From NCBI GenBank assembly GCA_023265395.1, contig JAHFTX010000008.1, positions 9,604 through 73,603 of the forward strand: a DNA stretch of 64,000 nt, written 5' to 3'. This document shows, one piece after another, positions 1 through 9,862 of the stretch. The notes below the pieces were generated by a model. That model saw only the letters and a program-made list of their open reading frames with translations, made no database searches and was not told where the DNA came from. Source of the stretch: Thermoplasmata archaeon (GTDB lineage: Archaea > Thermoplasmatota > DTKX01 > JAHFTX01). Made by a program: the position numbers and the translations under genes. Numbering within the stretch: the stretch's first letter is position 1; each line of letters starts with the position of its first letter.

Positions 1-1
1 C

Positions 2-3000
2 GGCTCGGTGCTCAGCAATGGCAAATGGCGCGCAGGGGACCCCAGCCCCGGGACGGTCGGGCGCTATGCGGGCATGGCGCCGCGGGCGCGATTGGTCGCG
101 CAAGCGGGCCTCGACGTCGCCGCAGGGGTCGTCTACCTCCACCTCAACGATGCCCTGACCTCGGGGGCCAACCTCACCTCCAACTCCTGGGGGGACCCAG
201 GGAGTCACGGCGCCTATACGGCGCTCTCGCGCAACTATGACTTGTACACCCGTGATGCTGACGTCAACCTCGCGGGCAACCAGCAGATCCTCTCGGTCAT
301 CGCCTCAGGAAACGAGGCCAATGGTGGCGTCCGCGAACCTGCGGTGGCCAAGAACGTCCTGACCGTCGGCGCCGTTGGCGATGATCGCAACGGCCACCCC
401 TCCGACACAATCGCCGACTTCAGCTCCCGTGGGCCCACCAACGACGGTCGGCAGAAGCCCGACATCGTCACACCCGGTGAGGATGTCATGTCCCATGGCA
501 TGGGCGCGACCAGCTACACCGGCAACAGCGGCACCTCCATGGCGACACCCCTCGCCGCCGGTTCCGCTGCCCTGGTGGCGTCCTACTGGAACCTCACCTA
601 CGGCACCTCGCCCTCGCCGGCGTTGCTCAAGGCGCTGCTCATCAACGGCGCGCAGGGTATCCCTACCGAGAGCTACCCCAACAGTGCACAGGGCTGGGGG
701 CGGCTGCGGGTCGCCAACAGCGTCAAGGCGCCCGGGCAGTTCCTGTGGACCCAGGAGGAGGACCCCAGCTTCGTCATCCAGACCGGCTTCTCCGCCAGCT
801 ACCCCGTCACGCTCGACTCTCAGGGGACCCTCAAGGTCACCCTCGCGTGGACCGACGCGGCCGGCGCAGCCAACGACCCCGTGCCCGCCCTGGTGAACGA
901 CCTCGACCTACGGGTGCGGTCTCCCAGCGGCATATGGTATTGGGGTAACCAGTTCTCCGGTGACGTCAGCGTCATCGGGGGCGGTGCCGATCGGCGCAAC
1001 AACGTCGAAGGTCTGCTGCTGCCCACGGCCGAGGCGGGAGAATGGACCGTTGCGGTCCAGGGCTTCGACGTCCCTGAAGGTCCCCAGGATTTCGTCCTGG
1101 TCATCCGTGGTGACACCGCCAGTGCGGTGGGTGCCCCCACGCTCGACTTCTTGGACCTCGAAGCGACCTCCCTGACCGTCGGCGGAACGCTCATCGAGGG
1201 CGAGGAGGTCACCTTCAGCGGCTCCTTCTCCAACACCGGGACCAAGCCTGCGGTCGGGATCTTCTGGCATGTGCTTGCCAACGGGGGGGAGGTCTCCTCG
1301 GGATTGGTCGCGACCCTCACCGATGGTCAGTCCGCCCAGGTCGAAGGGTCCTGGATCGCCGACCGGGGCCTGACCGAGGTGGTCCTCGAGGTCGACCCCG
1401 TCAACGACCTCTTCGAGCTCAGCGAGGCCAATAACGCCGCCAACGCCACCATCACGATCGGGCACTACGGCGTCTTGCTCAGGATGGGGACGGCGTCCCT
1501 CAAGACCGACCCTGAGGCAGAGGTCCGTTACGACTTCACGATCGAGAACGTAGGCGACCTGCCCGACACGTTCGACCTGCTCGTCGAATCGGACCTGCCC
1601 ACCGGCTGGAGCTCCTCCTTCGACCTTGGTGATTCGGTCGAAGTGGCTCCCGACCAGGAGGTCGAAGCCAACCTGTTGGTCACCCCCGCGATCGATGCAC
1701 GCGCCGGCGAGGCGGTGGTCGTCACGCTGCGGGTGACCTCCCAGGGGAACGGGAGCTATTGGCAGAGCGCGCCGACCACCACCGTGGTCAACGAGATCGT
1801 CGGGCTCGAGGTCACCCTCGATCCACCGACCCTCCATGGTATCCCCGGCGCCATCGTCACCACCGAGGTGACCCTTCTCAACAGTGGGAACGGCCCCCAG
1901 CGTGCGGCGTTCTCCACCGAGGGCGTCCCCGACCTGTGGCTCTCCCTGTTCGATTCGTACGACGGGCAGCTCGAACCACAGCAGAGCGTCACCACAACGT
2001 TGCGGCTGACCATCGGTGATGACCAGCTTGCGGGCGCGGCCGTGACCGTCCAGGTGGGCGGGAGCCTGGGCCGGGACCTCACGCTGAGCAGGCCACTGAT
2101 CATCCTCATCGACCAGACCTATGGCCACGAGGTGTCGATCGGCGGCACGCAGGTCGCGACCGCAGCAGGGGAGAGCGCCCAGCTCTCCGCTCGGCTCACG
2201 AACCTCGGCAACGGCAACGAGACGGTCGTTCTGGCACTGCTCGGCCCAGCGGGCTGGCACTTCGACATCCCCGCGACGGCCCGGCTGCAACCCCATGCGG
2301 AGACTGTCGTCGACTTCCAGTATACCCCCTCGGAGGATGCCTTGGCGGGACCGGCGCAATTGCAACTGGTCGCGACCGGCCATGAGGGTGCACGGTCTAC
2401 CAACGTCTCCGTCTCAGTCAACCAGAGCATGGGACTGGAGTTGAGCACCGAGCCCTTGCCGTTGCAGCTCCAGCTGGGCAGCGACAGCACCGACCACACC
2501 AACGTCACCGTCCATGTGCACAACCTGGGCAACAGTCCTCAGGTGGTGCGGTTGCGCAACGACGCCTTGCCTGGGGAGCCGGCCATCGTCCTCGATGAGA
2601 CCACTCGTCAGGTCGCACTCGGCGCATTCGCGGAGGTCGACCTCGTGCTGACCGTAGTCGCCGGGGACCATGCGGGGAACTTCAGCCTCATCCTCTCGGG
2701 GTTCTTGGTGGCAAACCCGACGATCAAGCGGTCGGTGGATTGGCAATTGCACGTCGAGGCAGCAGCGCGCACCGACCCCAGCCATCCGGGTGATGGCGGG
2801 GGCGACGGTGGCGGTGGTGGCCACGGCGGAGGCGACGACAATGGCAACCAGGCCATCACGGCGCTCAATCCCACGTCGGTGTGGTTGATCCTCGCGCTGT
2901 TCGCCATAGTATCCGTAGGTCTGCTGATCGCGGTGATGGCGCGCAACCGCCGAAAGGAGGCAACGCAGCAACAGGAATCGGCACTTGCAGAGACCGTGGT

Positions 3001-3358
3001 TGGCGAGACGACCTCCACCACCCCACCCAGTGGCTGGAAGAGCGCCGAGGAGAAGGAAGCACAGGTGAGCCGCAGCGCTTACGAGCAGTCGTTGGCGAAC
3101 CAGAGCACGTTCGACCTCGAGGCACACCTTGGCGGGTCGACGGCGGAGCCAAGCGTTGCTGAGCAGCCTCTTGCTCCCTCGCCGGTGGATGAACCTCTGA
3201 CGGTCGACCCTGCCTCACCTCGGCCCGAGGTGGCCCCGGTATCCGAGGTCACGCCGGTGGAAGGGCCCGGACTGGGCCCAGGCCCCCTCCCTGCCCCCGA
3301 GGGCACGGAAGATGCGGCGAGCACCGACCTCGACAAGTTGCTCGAGGACCTCAAGTAG
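2..3358 (+). CDS. Membrane-anchored S8 subtilase (KP-43-like) with CARDB and NEW3/Ig-like domains; 5' partial
   Basis: SNSWG, ASGN oxyanion motif, AKNVLTVGA, FSSRGP..DGR.KPD, catalytic GTSMATP, LVNDLDL/NNVE. CARDB signature VDP.N...E.SE.NN. TM helix (VWLILALFAIVSVGLLIAVM) then acidic tail. Frame is open to the window edge. Confidence 0.9.
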   Translation, partial: GSVLSNGKWRAGDPSPGTVGRYAGMAPRARLVAQAGLDVAAGVVYLHLNDALTSGANLTSNSWGDPGSHGAYTALSRNYDLYTRDADVNLAGNQQILSVIASGNEANGGVREPAVAKNVLTVGAVGDDRNGHPSDTIADFSSRGPTNDGRQKPDIVTPGEDVMSHGMGATSYTGNSGTSMATPLAAGSAALVASYWNLTYGTSPSPALLKALLINGAQGIPTESYPNSAQGWGRLRVANSVKAPGQFLWTQEEDPSFVIQTGFSASYPVTLDSQGTLKVTLAWTDAAGAANDPVPALVNDLDLRVRSPSGIWYWGNQFSGDVSVIGGGADRRNNVEGLLLPTAEAGEWTVAVQGFDVPEGPQDFVLVIRGDTASAVGAPTLDFLDLEATSLTVGGTLIEGEEVTFSGSFSNTGTKPAVGIFWHVLANGGEVSSGLVATLTDGQSAQVEGSWIADRGLTEVVLEVDPVNDLFELSEANNAANATITIGHYGVLLRMGTASLKTDPEAEVRYDFTIENVGDLPDTFDLLVESDLPTGWSSSFDLGDSVEVAPDQEVEANLLVTPAIDARAGEAVVVTLRVTSQGNGSYWQSAPTTTVVNEIVGLEVTLDPPTLHGIPGAIVTTEVTLLNSGNGPQRAAFSTEGVPDLWLSLFDSYDGQLEPQQSVTTTLRLTIGDDQLAGAAVTVQVGGSLGRDLTLSRPLIILIDQTYGHEVSIGGTQVATAAGESAQLSARLTNLGNGNETVVLALLGPAGWHFDIPATARLQPHAETVVDFQYTPSEDALAGPAQLQLVATGHEGARSTNVSVSVNQSMGLELSTEPLPLQLQLGSDSTDHTNVTVHVHNLGNSPQVVRLRNDALPGEPAIVLDETTRQVALGAFAEVDLVLTVVAGDHAGNFSLILSGFLVANPTIKRSVDWQLHVEAAARTDPSHPGDGGGDGGGGGHGGGDDNGNQAITALNPTSVWLILALFAIVSVGLLIAVMARNRRKEATQQQESALAETVVGETTSTTPPSGWKSAEEKEAQVSRSAYEQSLANQSTFDLEAHLGGSTAEPSVAEQPLAPSPVDEPLTVDPASPRPEVAPVSEVTPVEGPGLGPGPLPAPEGTEDAASTDLDKLLEDLK

Positions 3359-3373
3359 GCCCAGCGGGCGGTC

Positions 3374-5425
3374 TCACTCCTCGGACGATCCATCGGCCGA
3401 GGGCGGCGCGGGCCCATCCGTTGGCCCCTCACCGGGGGGGCCTTGGAGCAGACCGTGGTCGTCCTCGAGATGGGAGTCGCCCTGCGGTAGCAGACGGGCC
3501 AGCCACTCTTGGGGAACCAGCAGCTTCCGCGAAAGGTCGTTTGCGAGGACGGCCTTGGTCGCTCCACCGGGGGCCAGCAGACCCCATCGCCCACAGTGGC
3601 TCTGCACCGCGCGGGGTGGTCCGGCCATCAGGCGCCATTCCTTGCCCAGACGGATCCACCCGATGGCGAGGCGCAATGGGAGGTGATGGACGTAGTTGCG
3701 CTTGCCACGGACGACGAACGCACCTCGAGCGAGCGCCTCACCACTCTGGGGGGATTTGGAGACCTGGTCGGGAAGGACCCAGTACCCCGTGCCGTCCGCG
3801 AGCTTGGCATTCCAGCACCGGCTGTAGAGCACACTCAGATGCGCCCCTTCCCGGAGCGATTCCTCATCGATGGAACCTACCGTTGCCCCATCAGCGTCGA
3901 CGGCCTTGACCACCACCGAGGGAGCCCCGTGCACCTCCGCGTGACAATACCGATCCGGTTGCCCCAGGTAGCGCTTGACGACCTTGTCGTTGCTTGCGGC
4001 ATCCTTGCCGCCGACGATCACCAGCCCGGTGCTGCTGAGGCACCAGTGGTAATGCTCGAACCACCGTACCGACCGTGGCGGAGCTCGGAGGGTCGCCCTG
4101 AATCGTGCAACCCCTTGTCGCCTGCTGTGCTGCGCTTGAGCCGTGCGCACGGCCGCGCGGGTCTGCTCCAGGTGTGCCGCCGCAGCAGCCGCTCGTTCCT
4201 TCGAGCGCTTGGCCCGTTGGAACCAGTTCTGCGCGTTGTCGTTGACAGACCCTCGAAGGTCGAGGGGAACCTCGACATCGGCAGGGTCCGCCTGATCATC
4301 GAGCGGCCGCAGGCGGATGGAGCCTGTCCCGGTGCGCGCTTCGACCATGGCGCCGGGGTATGCTGCCGCGACGCTATCCCAGCCTCCCTGGGCGCGGAGC
4401 CGACTGACGTCGAGGAGGAATCGTTCGACCTCACCGTAGTGCAGGTAGAGCAGTTCCGCGCGAAGGCGATCCCGCTGCTCGTCCTTGGTGGCATCGATCG
4501 CGACCTGCGCCTGCTGTTCCTCCTGCCGCTGGAGCCGCGCTACTTGGGGGTCTTCCTGCGCTACGGCACCTGGGAGGCCCTGGACGTAGGTGGCCAGCGC
4601 TAGGCAGAACTCCGGCACGGGCTCCGGCGTCAGGCCGCGCTCTTGGAGGGTCCGCAGGCGCAGGGGAGAGACATCGACCAGCGCGCCTTGGGCGTCGCGC
4701 CAAAGTTGTGGGGCCAGCGGGCCTTCGACCTCCGCAAGTAGGCCATGCAGGTGCGCGCACAGCGCCGAAGCGGTGGTACGGTCCAGCTGGTCGACCGACA
4801 GGTCGCTGCGTACCCCAGAGCGCAGCAGCACCTCCTCTGCAACGGTACTCCCCAGGCTGAGCGGACCCGCAAGGAGTTTGACCATCGGGCCAGCGAATCC
4901 CTTGGTTGCCTGCAGCATCCGCTCCCCACCGAGCGTTCCGACATCGACATCGTTGGGTGGGAGCACATAGGGCTCCCCGCGCTGCACCACACGGTGCTTC
5001 CACCGGCCCGGCCGCAGCACCTGGACGATCGTGCTCCCCTGTAGCAGAACGACGTTCCCCTCGGCAAAGCACTCGATCATCAACCGCCATGGCGGCGTCC
5101 CCCCCATCTGGATCCACAGCAAGCGGTCGAATCCCACCTGTCCCACCGCCTCCACGTAGGCGTTGCGCAGATGCTTGCGGACGCCGCGCACGAAGGTCGA
5201 GGGTGGAGGTTGCTCCCCGGCGAGCCGCTCCACAAGGTAGACGAATCGTCCGGGGATGATCACCAGATCTGCCTTGCGCCCCTCGCGGAGGTTGAGCCGC
5301 AGCACGATCCGGTCACGGTCACCCGAGACCTGGCTCACGAAGGACCCCTGCAGGGAGCGCAACTGCCAGGCCAGCGCTCGCAGGTCGAGATTGGTCATCG
5401 CGGTCTTGGCGCGGTGCGGGACCAT
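3374..5425 (-). CDS. rqcH: Ribosome rescue/quality-control protein RqcH (NFACT/Rqc2/NEMF family)
   Basis: N-terminal MTNLDL, F...VRKHL....V..V.Q.GFDR, L.IE.F.EGNV.L, WFE.YHW..SS.G....GGKDA.SN, HA.VHGAP, VSKSP.SGE.L.RGAF.VRG.RNY. Confidence 0.92.
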   Translation of the reverse strand: MVPHRAKTAMTNLDLRALAWQLRSLQGSFVSQVSGDRDRIVLRLNLREGRKADLVIIPGRFVYLVERLAGEQPPPSTFVRGVRKHLRNAYVEAVGQVGFDRLLWIQMGGTPPWRLMIECFAEGNVVLLQGSTIVQVLRPGRWKHRVVQRGEPYVLPPNDVDVGTLGGERMLQATKGFAGPMVKLLAGPLSLGSTVAEEVLLRSGVRSDLSVDQLDRTTASALCAHLHGLLAEVEGPLAPQLWRDAQGALVDVSPLRLRTLQERGLTPEPVPEFCLALATYVQGLPGAVAQEDPQVARLQRQEEQQAQVAIDATKDEQRDRLRAELLYLHYGEVERFLLDVSRLRAQGGWDSVAAAYPGAMVEARTGTGSIRLRPLDDQADPADVEVPLDLRGSVNDNAQNWFQRAKRSKERAAAAAAHLEQTRAAVRTAQAQHSRRQGVARFRATLRAPPRSVRWFEHYHWCLSSTGLVIVGGKDAASNDKVVKRYLGQPDRYCHAEVHGAPSVVVKAVDADGATVGSIDEESLREGAHLSVLYSRCWNAKLADGTGYWVLPDQVSKSPQSGEALARGAFVVRGKRNYVHHLPLRLAIGWIRLGKEWRLMAGPPRAVQSHCGRWGLLAPGGATKAVLANDLSRKLLVPQEWLARLLPQGDSHLEDDHGLLQGPPGEGPTDGPAPPSADGSSEE

Positions 5426-5499
5426 CGGCGAGCGCTCCCGCTGCGCCCAAAGGCCGCGGCAAGATAACCCTGCCGCGGCATGCGCACTGGCAGGAGAGG

Positions 5500-8400
5500 T
5501 CAGCGGCTACCGGGGGGGCGGCCCTGACGGAACTGTTCCTGTCGCTGTTGCATGGCTCGCGCCAACTGGGCTTCTTGCTGCCGCAACGCGTGGTAGGCCT
5601 GCTCGGCCTCGGTCAATGGCCGCTGGGGCATGGGCGCTGCAGCTGGCGGAGTCCTCCGCCGACGCATCAGCACCAGCGCAGCGACGGCCAAGGCCGCGAT
5701 CAGTCCGATGCCGCCGAGCAGCAGGGCGCTGGTCCCTCCGCCTCCGCCGAAGCCACCGGCCGGCACACGCACGACGACCTTGACTGTCGTCGTAGCCGTC
5801 TTGCCGTCACTGTCGGTCGCCGTGATGTCGAGGGCACCGCTCTGGGCCCCGGCATTGGCCGAGGCGCTGACCTGCAGGACGCCGACGGGCGCGCTGGCGC
5901 TCACGCCCGAGAGGTCGCGTGCGACGACGACGAAGGTCAGTGGCACACCCTTCTGCTGGTCGTAGTCCGTGACGAACCCCGAGAGGTCCACCGACTCCCC
6001 CTTGTCGCCAGCGACGATGGTGATCGTCGGGATCGGCGTGGTGAAGGTTGGCGGGAACCGGATGGTGAGGTTGATGGTGACCTTGGTGTCGGAGAGTCCA
6101 TCGGAAACCTCGAGCTCCACCAGGTGGTGGGTCTCGCGCGACGCCCTGGGCGCGCCCAAGCGGATAGTCAACCCGTCGATCGTGAAGATGAACGCGTCGG
6201 CAGAGTAGATGGACAGCGCCTCGCGCTCGTCATCGACGTCTGTCACCTTGGGGGCTAGGTCGATCTGGACGTTGCCATCCAGGTCGATGGTCTGGTCAGG
6301 GATGGGTGCGACCCGCGGCCCGTCGTTGACGGGCGTGATGGTCACCTGCAGCGGTTCGGAGTCCTCGAGGCCGCCGCTGTCGGTGACGGTGAGGGTCAGC
6401 TCCTGGCTGCCGAAGCGATCGTCCACTCCCTCGATCCGCAACAGGTGCGTACCCTCGATTGAGGCCGTCAGGAGTGAGGAATCAGGGACCGAGACGCTCC
6501 ACTGGATGGAGAGCGACCCGTCCTCCTCGTCGCGGCCCGAGTGGCTGAGGTCAAACTCGCTGCTGCCGTCCTCGGCAAAGGTGATTGGGAGGAGTTTCTT
6601 GGCCTCCGGGGCATCGTTGACGGGGGTGACCGTGACGTTGACGTCACGCCACTGCTGGCTCCGGCCGTCGGAGGCGGTCAGGTTGAGCACGTCCGTGAGG
6701 ATGGCTTCGTTGGGATACACCAGCGTCACGTTGAGGCCGCTGACCGTCGCGAAGGGGTTGTCGGTGGTCACCTGCAGCTTGCTGGGGGGGTCATCGATGT
6801 CGAATAGGTATACCCCGACCGTGATTACGTAGGGGGTGTCCTCGGTGACGACGACGTCGGATATGGGCAGGAACCGCGGCGGGTCGTTGACCGCCGTCAC
6901 CTCGATGGCGAACGTCGTACCCTCCGTGGTCAAGCCCATCGGGTCGGTGGCGCTGACCCGGAAGGTCAAGGTCCCGACGAAGTCGTCCTTGGGGACTGCG
7001 CTGAGCACGCCTTGGTCGTCGACCACCAGCGACAGCTTGGTCGCATCGGCTTGGTACGTGACGTGGTACGTGAGGTTCGCATCGAAGAGGTCATCGAAGA
7101 AATACCCATCGAGGTCCAGCAGCGAGGGAGTAGCGGTGTCCTCCTTGACGTAGAGCGCAGGGAAGTCGTTGTCCTGGGTCGGTGGGGTGTTATGGTGCAA
7201 CAGGCGCACCGCACTCCAACCGCTGGTACCCTCGTCAGTGTAGATCGCACGGATCCGCCAATAGAGGATTCCGCCTACGAGACCCGCGGGGGAGTAGCTG
7301 GTTGCCGTCGACGGGATGTCCGAGACATCCAGCACTGTCGTGTCAAAGGTGTCAGAGAGGGCGACCTGCAGCTGGTAGGCAGAGACGAAGGCCTCCTCGC
7401 CGTTGACGAACGCGCTGGCGACCTCCTGCCAGCTGAACGTGAGTTGGTCGTAGTTCAGTGTGGCACCATCCTCTGGACCAAGGATCGGGGGTACTGAGCG
7501 CGGGGTCGCGATGACCACGGTCCCGTCCTGAGTCGGATAGCCATCGCCCCCACCTCCACCGTTACCTCCACCAGGCTGGCTGGGTGCACCGACGCCCTTG
7601 GTGCCACCAGTGGCGTCAATCTGCAGGTCGGTGCCGACCAGCGCCGATGCGGAACTGACCTCGACCGCGACGTCGCCGCCAAAGCCGATGTCCCCGCTGA
7701 GGACGGACGCATGAGCTTGCACCCCGCAAGCCCCACCGTGGCCGCCAGTCCCACCATAGCCCGCGCCTCCACCTGCGCCGTTTGCCGTGTTGGCCCCACC
7801 AGGCTGTCCTATGGTGGCGCCCGTGCCACCACGACCCTTGAGCAGGGTGGTATCGATCTCGAGCCACCCACCACTGCCGATGCCGATGTCAGCGCGGCCT
7901 CCTTCGCCGATGTGGTCCTTGAGCGTCCCGATGCCCGGGGTCTGGCCACCGCAGGCGTAACCCGTGCCACCCCCGCCACCGATGCCGCCTCCCCCGCCAC
8001 CACCCCAGTTGTTGCCAGAGCCGCCACCGGCACCGCCGGTGCCGGCCGAGCCGCCGGTGGCGGTGATCGCGCTGTCGTGCAGGTTGAGCGAATCGCTCGC
8101 CGTCACGTTGATGGAAACGTTGCCACCGGCGAGAGCCTCTTGCGAGAGTGTCGCTTTGCCCCCATTGGTGTAGTAACCTGCACCGCCGCCCCCGGCGCCA
8201 CCACCCCCGCCACCGCCGACTGCGTACGCCTGATTCGAGCTCGTCCCTCCACCATTGCCCCCGATTCCTCCATCGCCACCACGGCCGCCGGTCGCGGTGA
8301 CCGTCAGACCGCTGGCCGTGAGGTCGAATCCGCCCACGACATCGACCCAGACTTCGCCGCCTGCAGCGACGCGGCTGTCGATAGTCCCAGCGCCCCCGGC

Positions 8401-9573
8401 GCCCTGGGGGTAGGTCCCGCCACCGCCGCCACCAAAGCCACCGCCACCCCCGCCGCCTGCATAGTATGCGACGATGCTCGAGCCATCCCCTCCGTTGCCG
8501 CCGTGTCCAGCGTTGCCGCCCGTCAAGGTGAGGACCACATCGTCCACCGTGGTGTGGAACCCTTGGATCGCGACTCGGATGTCCCCGCCGGAGCCGACGT
8601 TGTCCGTGACCGTCGCTGCGGTGCCCGCGACCGACCCGCTGCGGCCGCCATTGCCCCCGCTGTAACCGCCGCCGCCCCCACCCGAGCCTGCAGCGCCCGA
8701 GCTCCCCGTGGCGTAGCCCTTACCGCCGTCACCGCCATCGCCCCCATCCCCCCCAATCGCGCCGATGTCATTGTCCTGCATCAGGACCGTCTTGCTGATG
8801 GCCGAGAGGTTGACATCGCCGCCCTCCCCGACCGAGCCACTGACGGCACCTCCGTTGGAGTAGCCGCCACCCAGCGCCTGGGTCGAGCCCGCGGAATTCT
8901 GGCCGTTGGCCGCGTCACCAGCCCGCCCGCCGTTGAGCGAGATGTCGCTGTCGACGATGCGGACGGAGCGGTCCTCGAAGGAATCGTTGATCGCGTTGAG
9001 GATGAGCCCCGCGTGACCGCCGGCGGCGACCCAGCCCCCGAGGTTGGCGGTCGTCCACGCCGTGGCGTTGGTCGCCCCCGAGCCTCCTTGCAGCACGAGA
9101 GTGGTGTTGGAGACTTCGATGCCTGCGTCGGCATCGACGTCGATGAGCGCGTCGCCGCCCTGGCTGTGGGCCTTGTCGGCCGCGCCATTGGAGCCCTTGA
9201 GGGTCACCTCTGCGTTCTTGCTGAACACTAGGCGGTAGCCCCACCCGAGGATGCGGGCATCCGCCCCCGTGCTCAACCCACTGAGGTCGATCGTCACGGT
9301 CCCTCCTTCGACGACGAGAGAACCATCCTCGAGGCTGACGCCGTCGGCGACGAGGGTCCCCTTGACGGTCAGGGTCGCATTCTCGAGGACGGTGACGAGA
9401 CCATGGGTCTCGCTGCCGCTGACGGTGTAGGCAGATTCATCGTCCCCGATCACCAGGGGAACCCCCGCACTCCGCGAATCGATGTCCGCTCCCACGGGAA
9501 AGGTCGCACCTGCTCCGCACAAGAGGGCCAGTGCCAGCGAGATCGCGGCAACGCGGGTCGCGAATGCGTTCAT
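5500..9573 (-). CDS. Large glycine-rich surface protein with cadherin-like Ig repeats and C-terminal TM anchor
   Basis: Signal peptide after MNAF (ATG 9573; alternative ATG 9612). Poly-Gly repeat region, repeated V.VTPVND.P / EDT Ig modules, TM followed by RRRR. The ORF-track start at 9921 overlaps the thiolase and is rejected. Confidence 0.85.
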   Translation of the reverse strand: MNAFATRVAAISLALALLCGAGATFPVGADIDSRSAGVPLVIGDDESAYTVSGSETHGLVTVLENATLTVKGTLVADGVSLEDGSLVVEGGTVTIDLSGLSTGADARILGWGYRLVFSKNAEVTLKGSNGAADKAHSQGGDALIDVDADAGIEVSNTTLVLQGGSGATNATAWTTANLGGWVAAGGHAGLILNAINDSFEDRSVRIVDSDISLNGGRAGDAANGQNSAGSTQALGGGYSNGGAVSGSVGEGGDVNLSAISKTVLMQDNDIGAIGGDGGDGGDGGKGYATGSSGAAGSGGGGGGYSGGNGGRSGSVAGTAATVTDNVGSGGDIRVAIQGFHTTVDDVVLTLTGGNAGHGGNGGDGSSIVAYYAGGGGGGGFGGGGGGTYPQGAGGAGTIDSRVAAGGEVWVDVVGGFDLTASGLTVTATGGRGGDGGIGGNGGGTSSNQAYAVGGGGGGGAGGGGAGYYTNGGKATLSQEALAGGNVSINVTASDSLNLHDSAITATGGSAGTGGAGGGSGNNWGGGGGGGIGGGGGTGYACGGQTPGIGTLKDHIGEGGRADIGIGSGGWLEIDTTLLKGRGGTGATIGQPGGANTANGAGGGAGYGGTGGHGGACGVQAHASVLSGDIGFGGDVAVEVSSASALVGTDLQIDATGGTKGVGAPSQPGGGNGGGGGDGYPTQDGTVVIATPRSVPPILGPEDGATLNYDQLTFSWQEVASAFVNGEEAFVSAYQLQVALSDTFDTTVLDVSDIPSTATSYSPAGLVGGILYWRIRAIYTDEGTSGWSAVRLLHHNTPPTQDNDFPALYVKEDTATPSLLDLDGYFFDDLFDANLTYHVTYQADATKLSLVVDDQGVLSAVPKDDFVGTLTFRVSATDPMGLTTEGTTFAIEVTAVNDPPRFLPISDVVVTEDTPYVITVGVYLFDIDDPPSKLQVTTDNPFATVSGLNVTLVYPNEAILTDVLNLTASDGRSQQWRDVNVTVTPVNDAPEAKKLLPITFAEDGSSEFDLSHSGRDEEDGSLSIQWSVSVPDSSLLTASIEGTHLLRIEGVDDRFGSQELTLTVTDSGGLEDSEPLQVTITPVNDGPRVAPIPDQTIDLDGNVQIDLAPKVTDVDDEREALSIYSADAFIFTIDGLTIRLGAPRASRETHHLVELEVSDGLSDTKVTINLTIRFPPTFTTPIPTITIVAGDKGESVDLSGFVTDYDQQKGVPLTFVVVARDLSGVSASAPVGVLQVSASANAGAQSGALDITATDSDGKTATTTVKVVVRVPAGGFGGGGGTSALLLGGIGLIAALAVAALVLMRRRRTPPAAAPMPQRPLTEAEQAYHALRQQEAQLARAMQQRQEQFRQGRPPGSR

Positions 9574-9862
9574 CCGACGGGGTAGACCTGTGGGGGGGAC
9601 GTGGGGATCCATGCGGGTGACTCCAGATGCGCGCACCCTGGGGCATTCGGCAAGATTCGGGTTGCTACCAGGGCCGGTAACGCTGGGGCAATTGAGCTGA
9701 ACGAAGCTACATATATGCTCTGGTCTCGGTCTCGAAGGCCCTCCAGTCGGGGAGCGCCACCTGCAGTTGGAGAGCGTCAAGCGGATAGTGCAGATGACGG
9801 AGGGGATGGCCGTAGGATCGATTGGAGGCCCCGACACCAATCCGCTACCGGCACCCGGGAGG

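Noticed and set aside
7711-9231. Long antisense and alternate-frame ORFs (e.g. 7711-9231, 908-2383, 12604-13695, 32019-33080)
   Set aside because: They are shadow ORFs of high-GC coding sequence overlapping well-supported genes, with no recognisable motifs.
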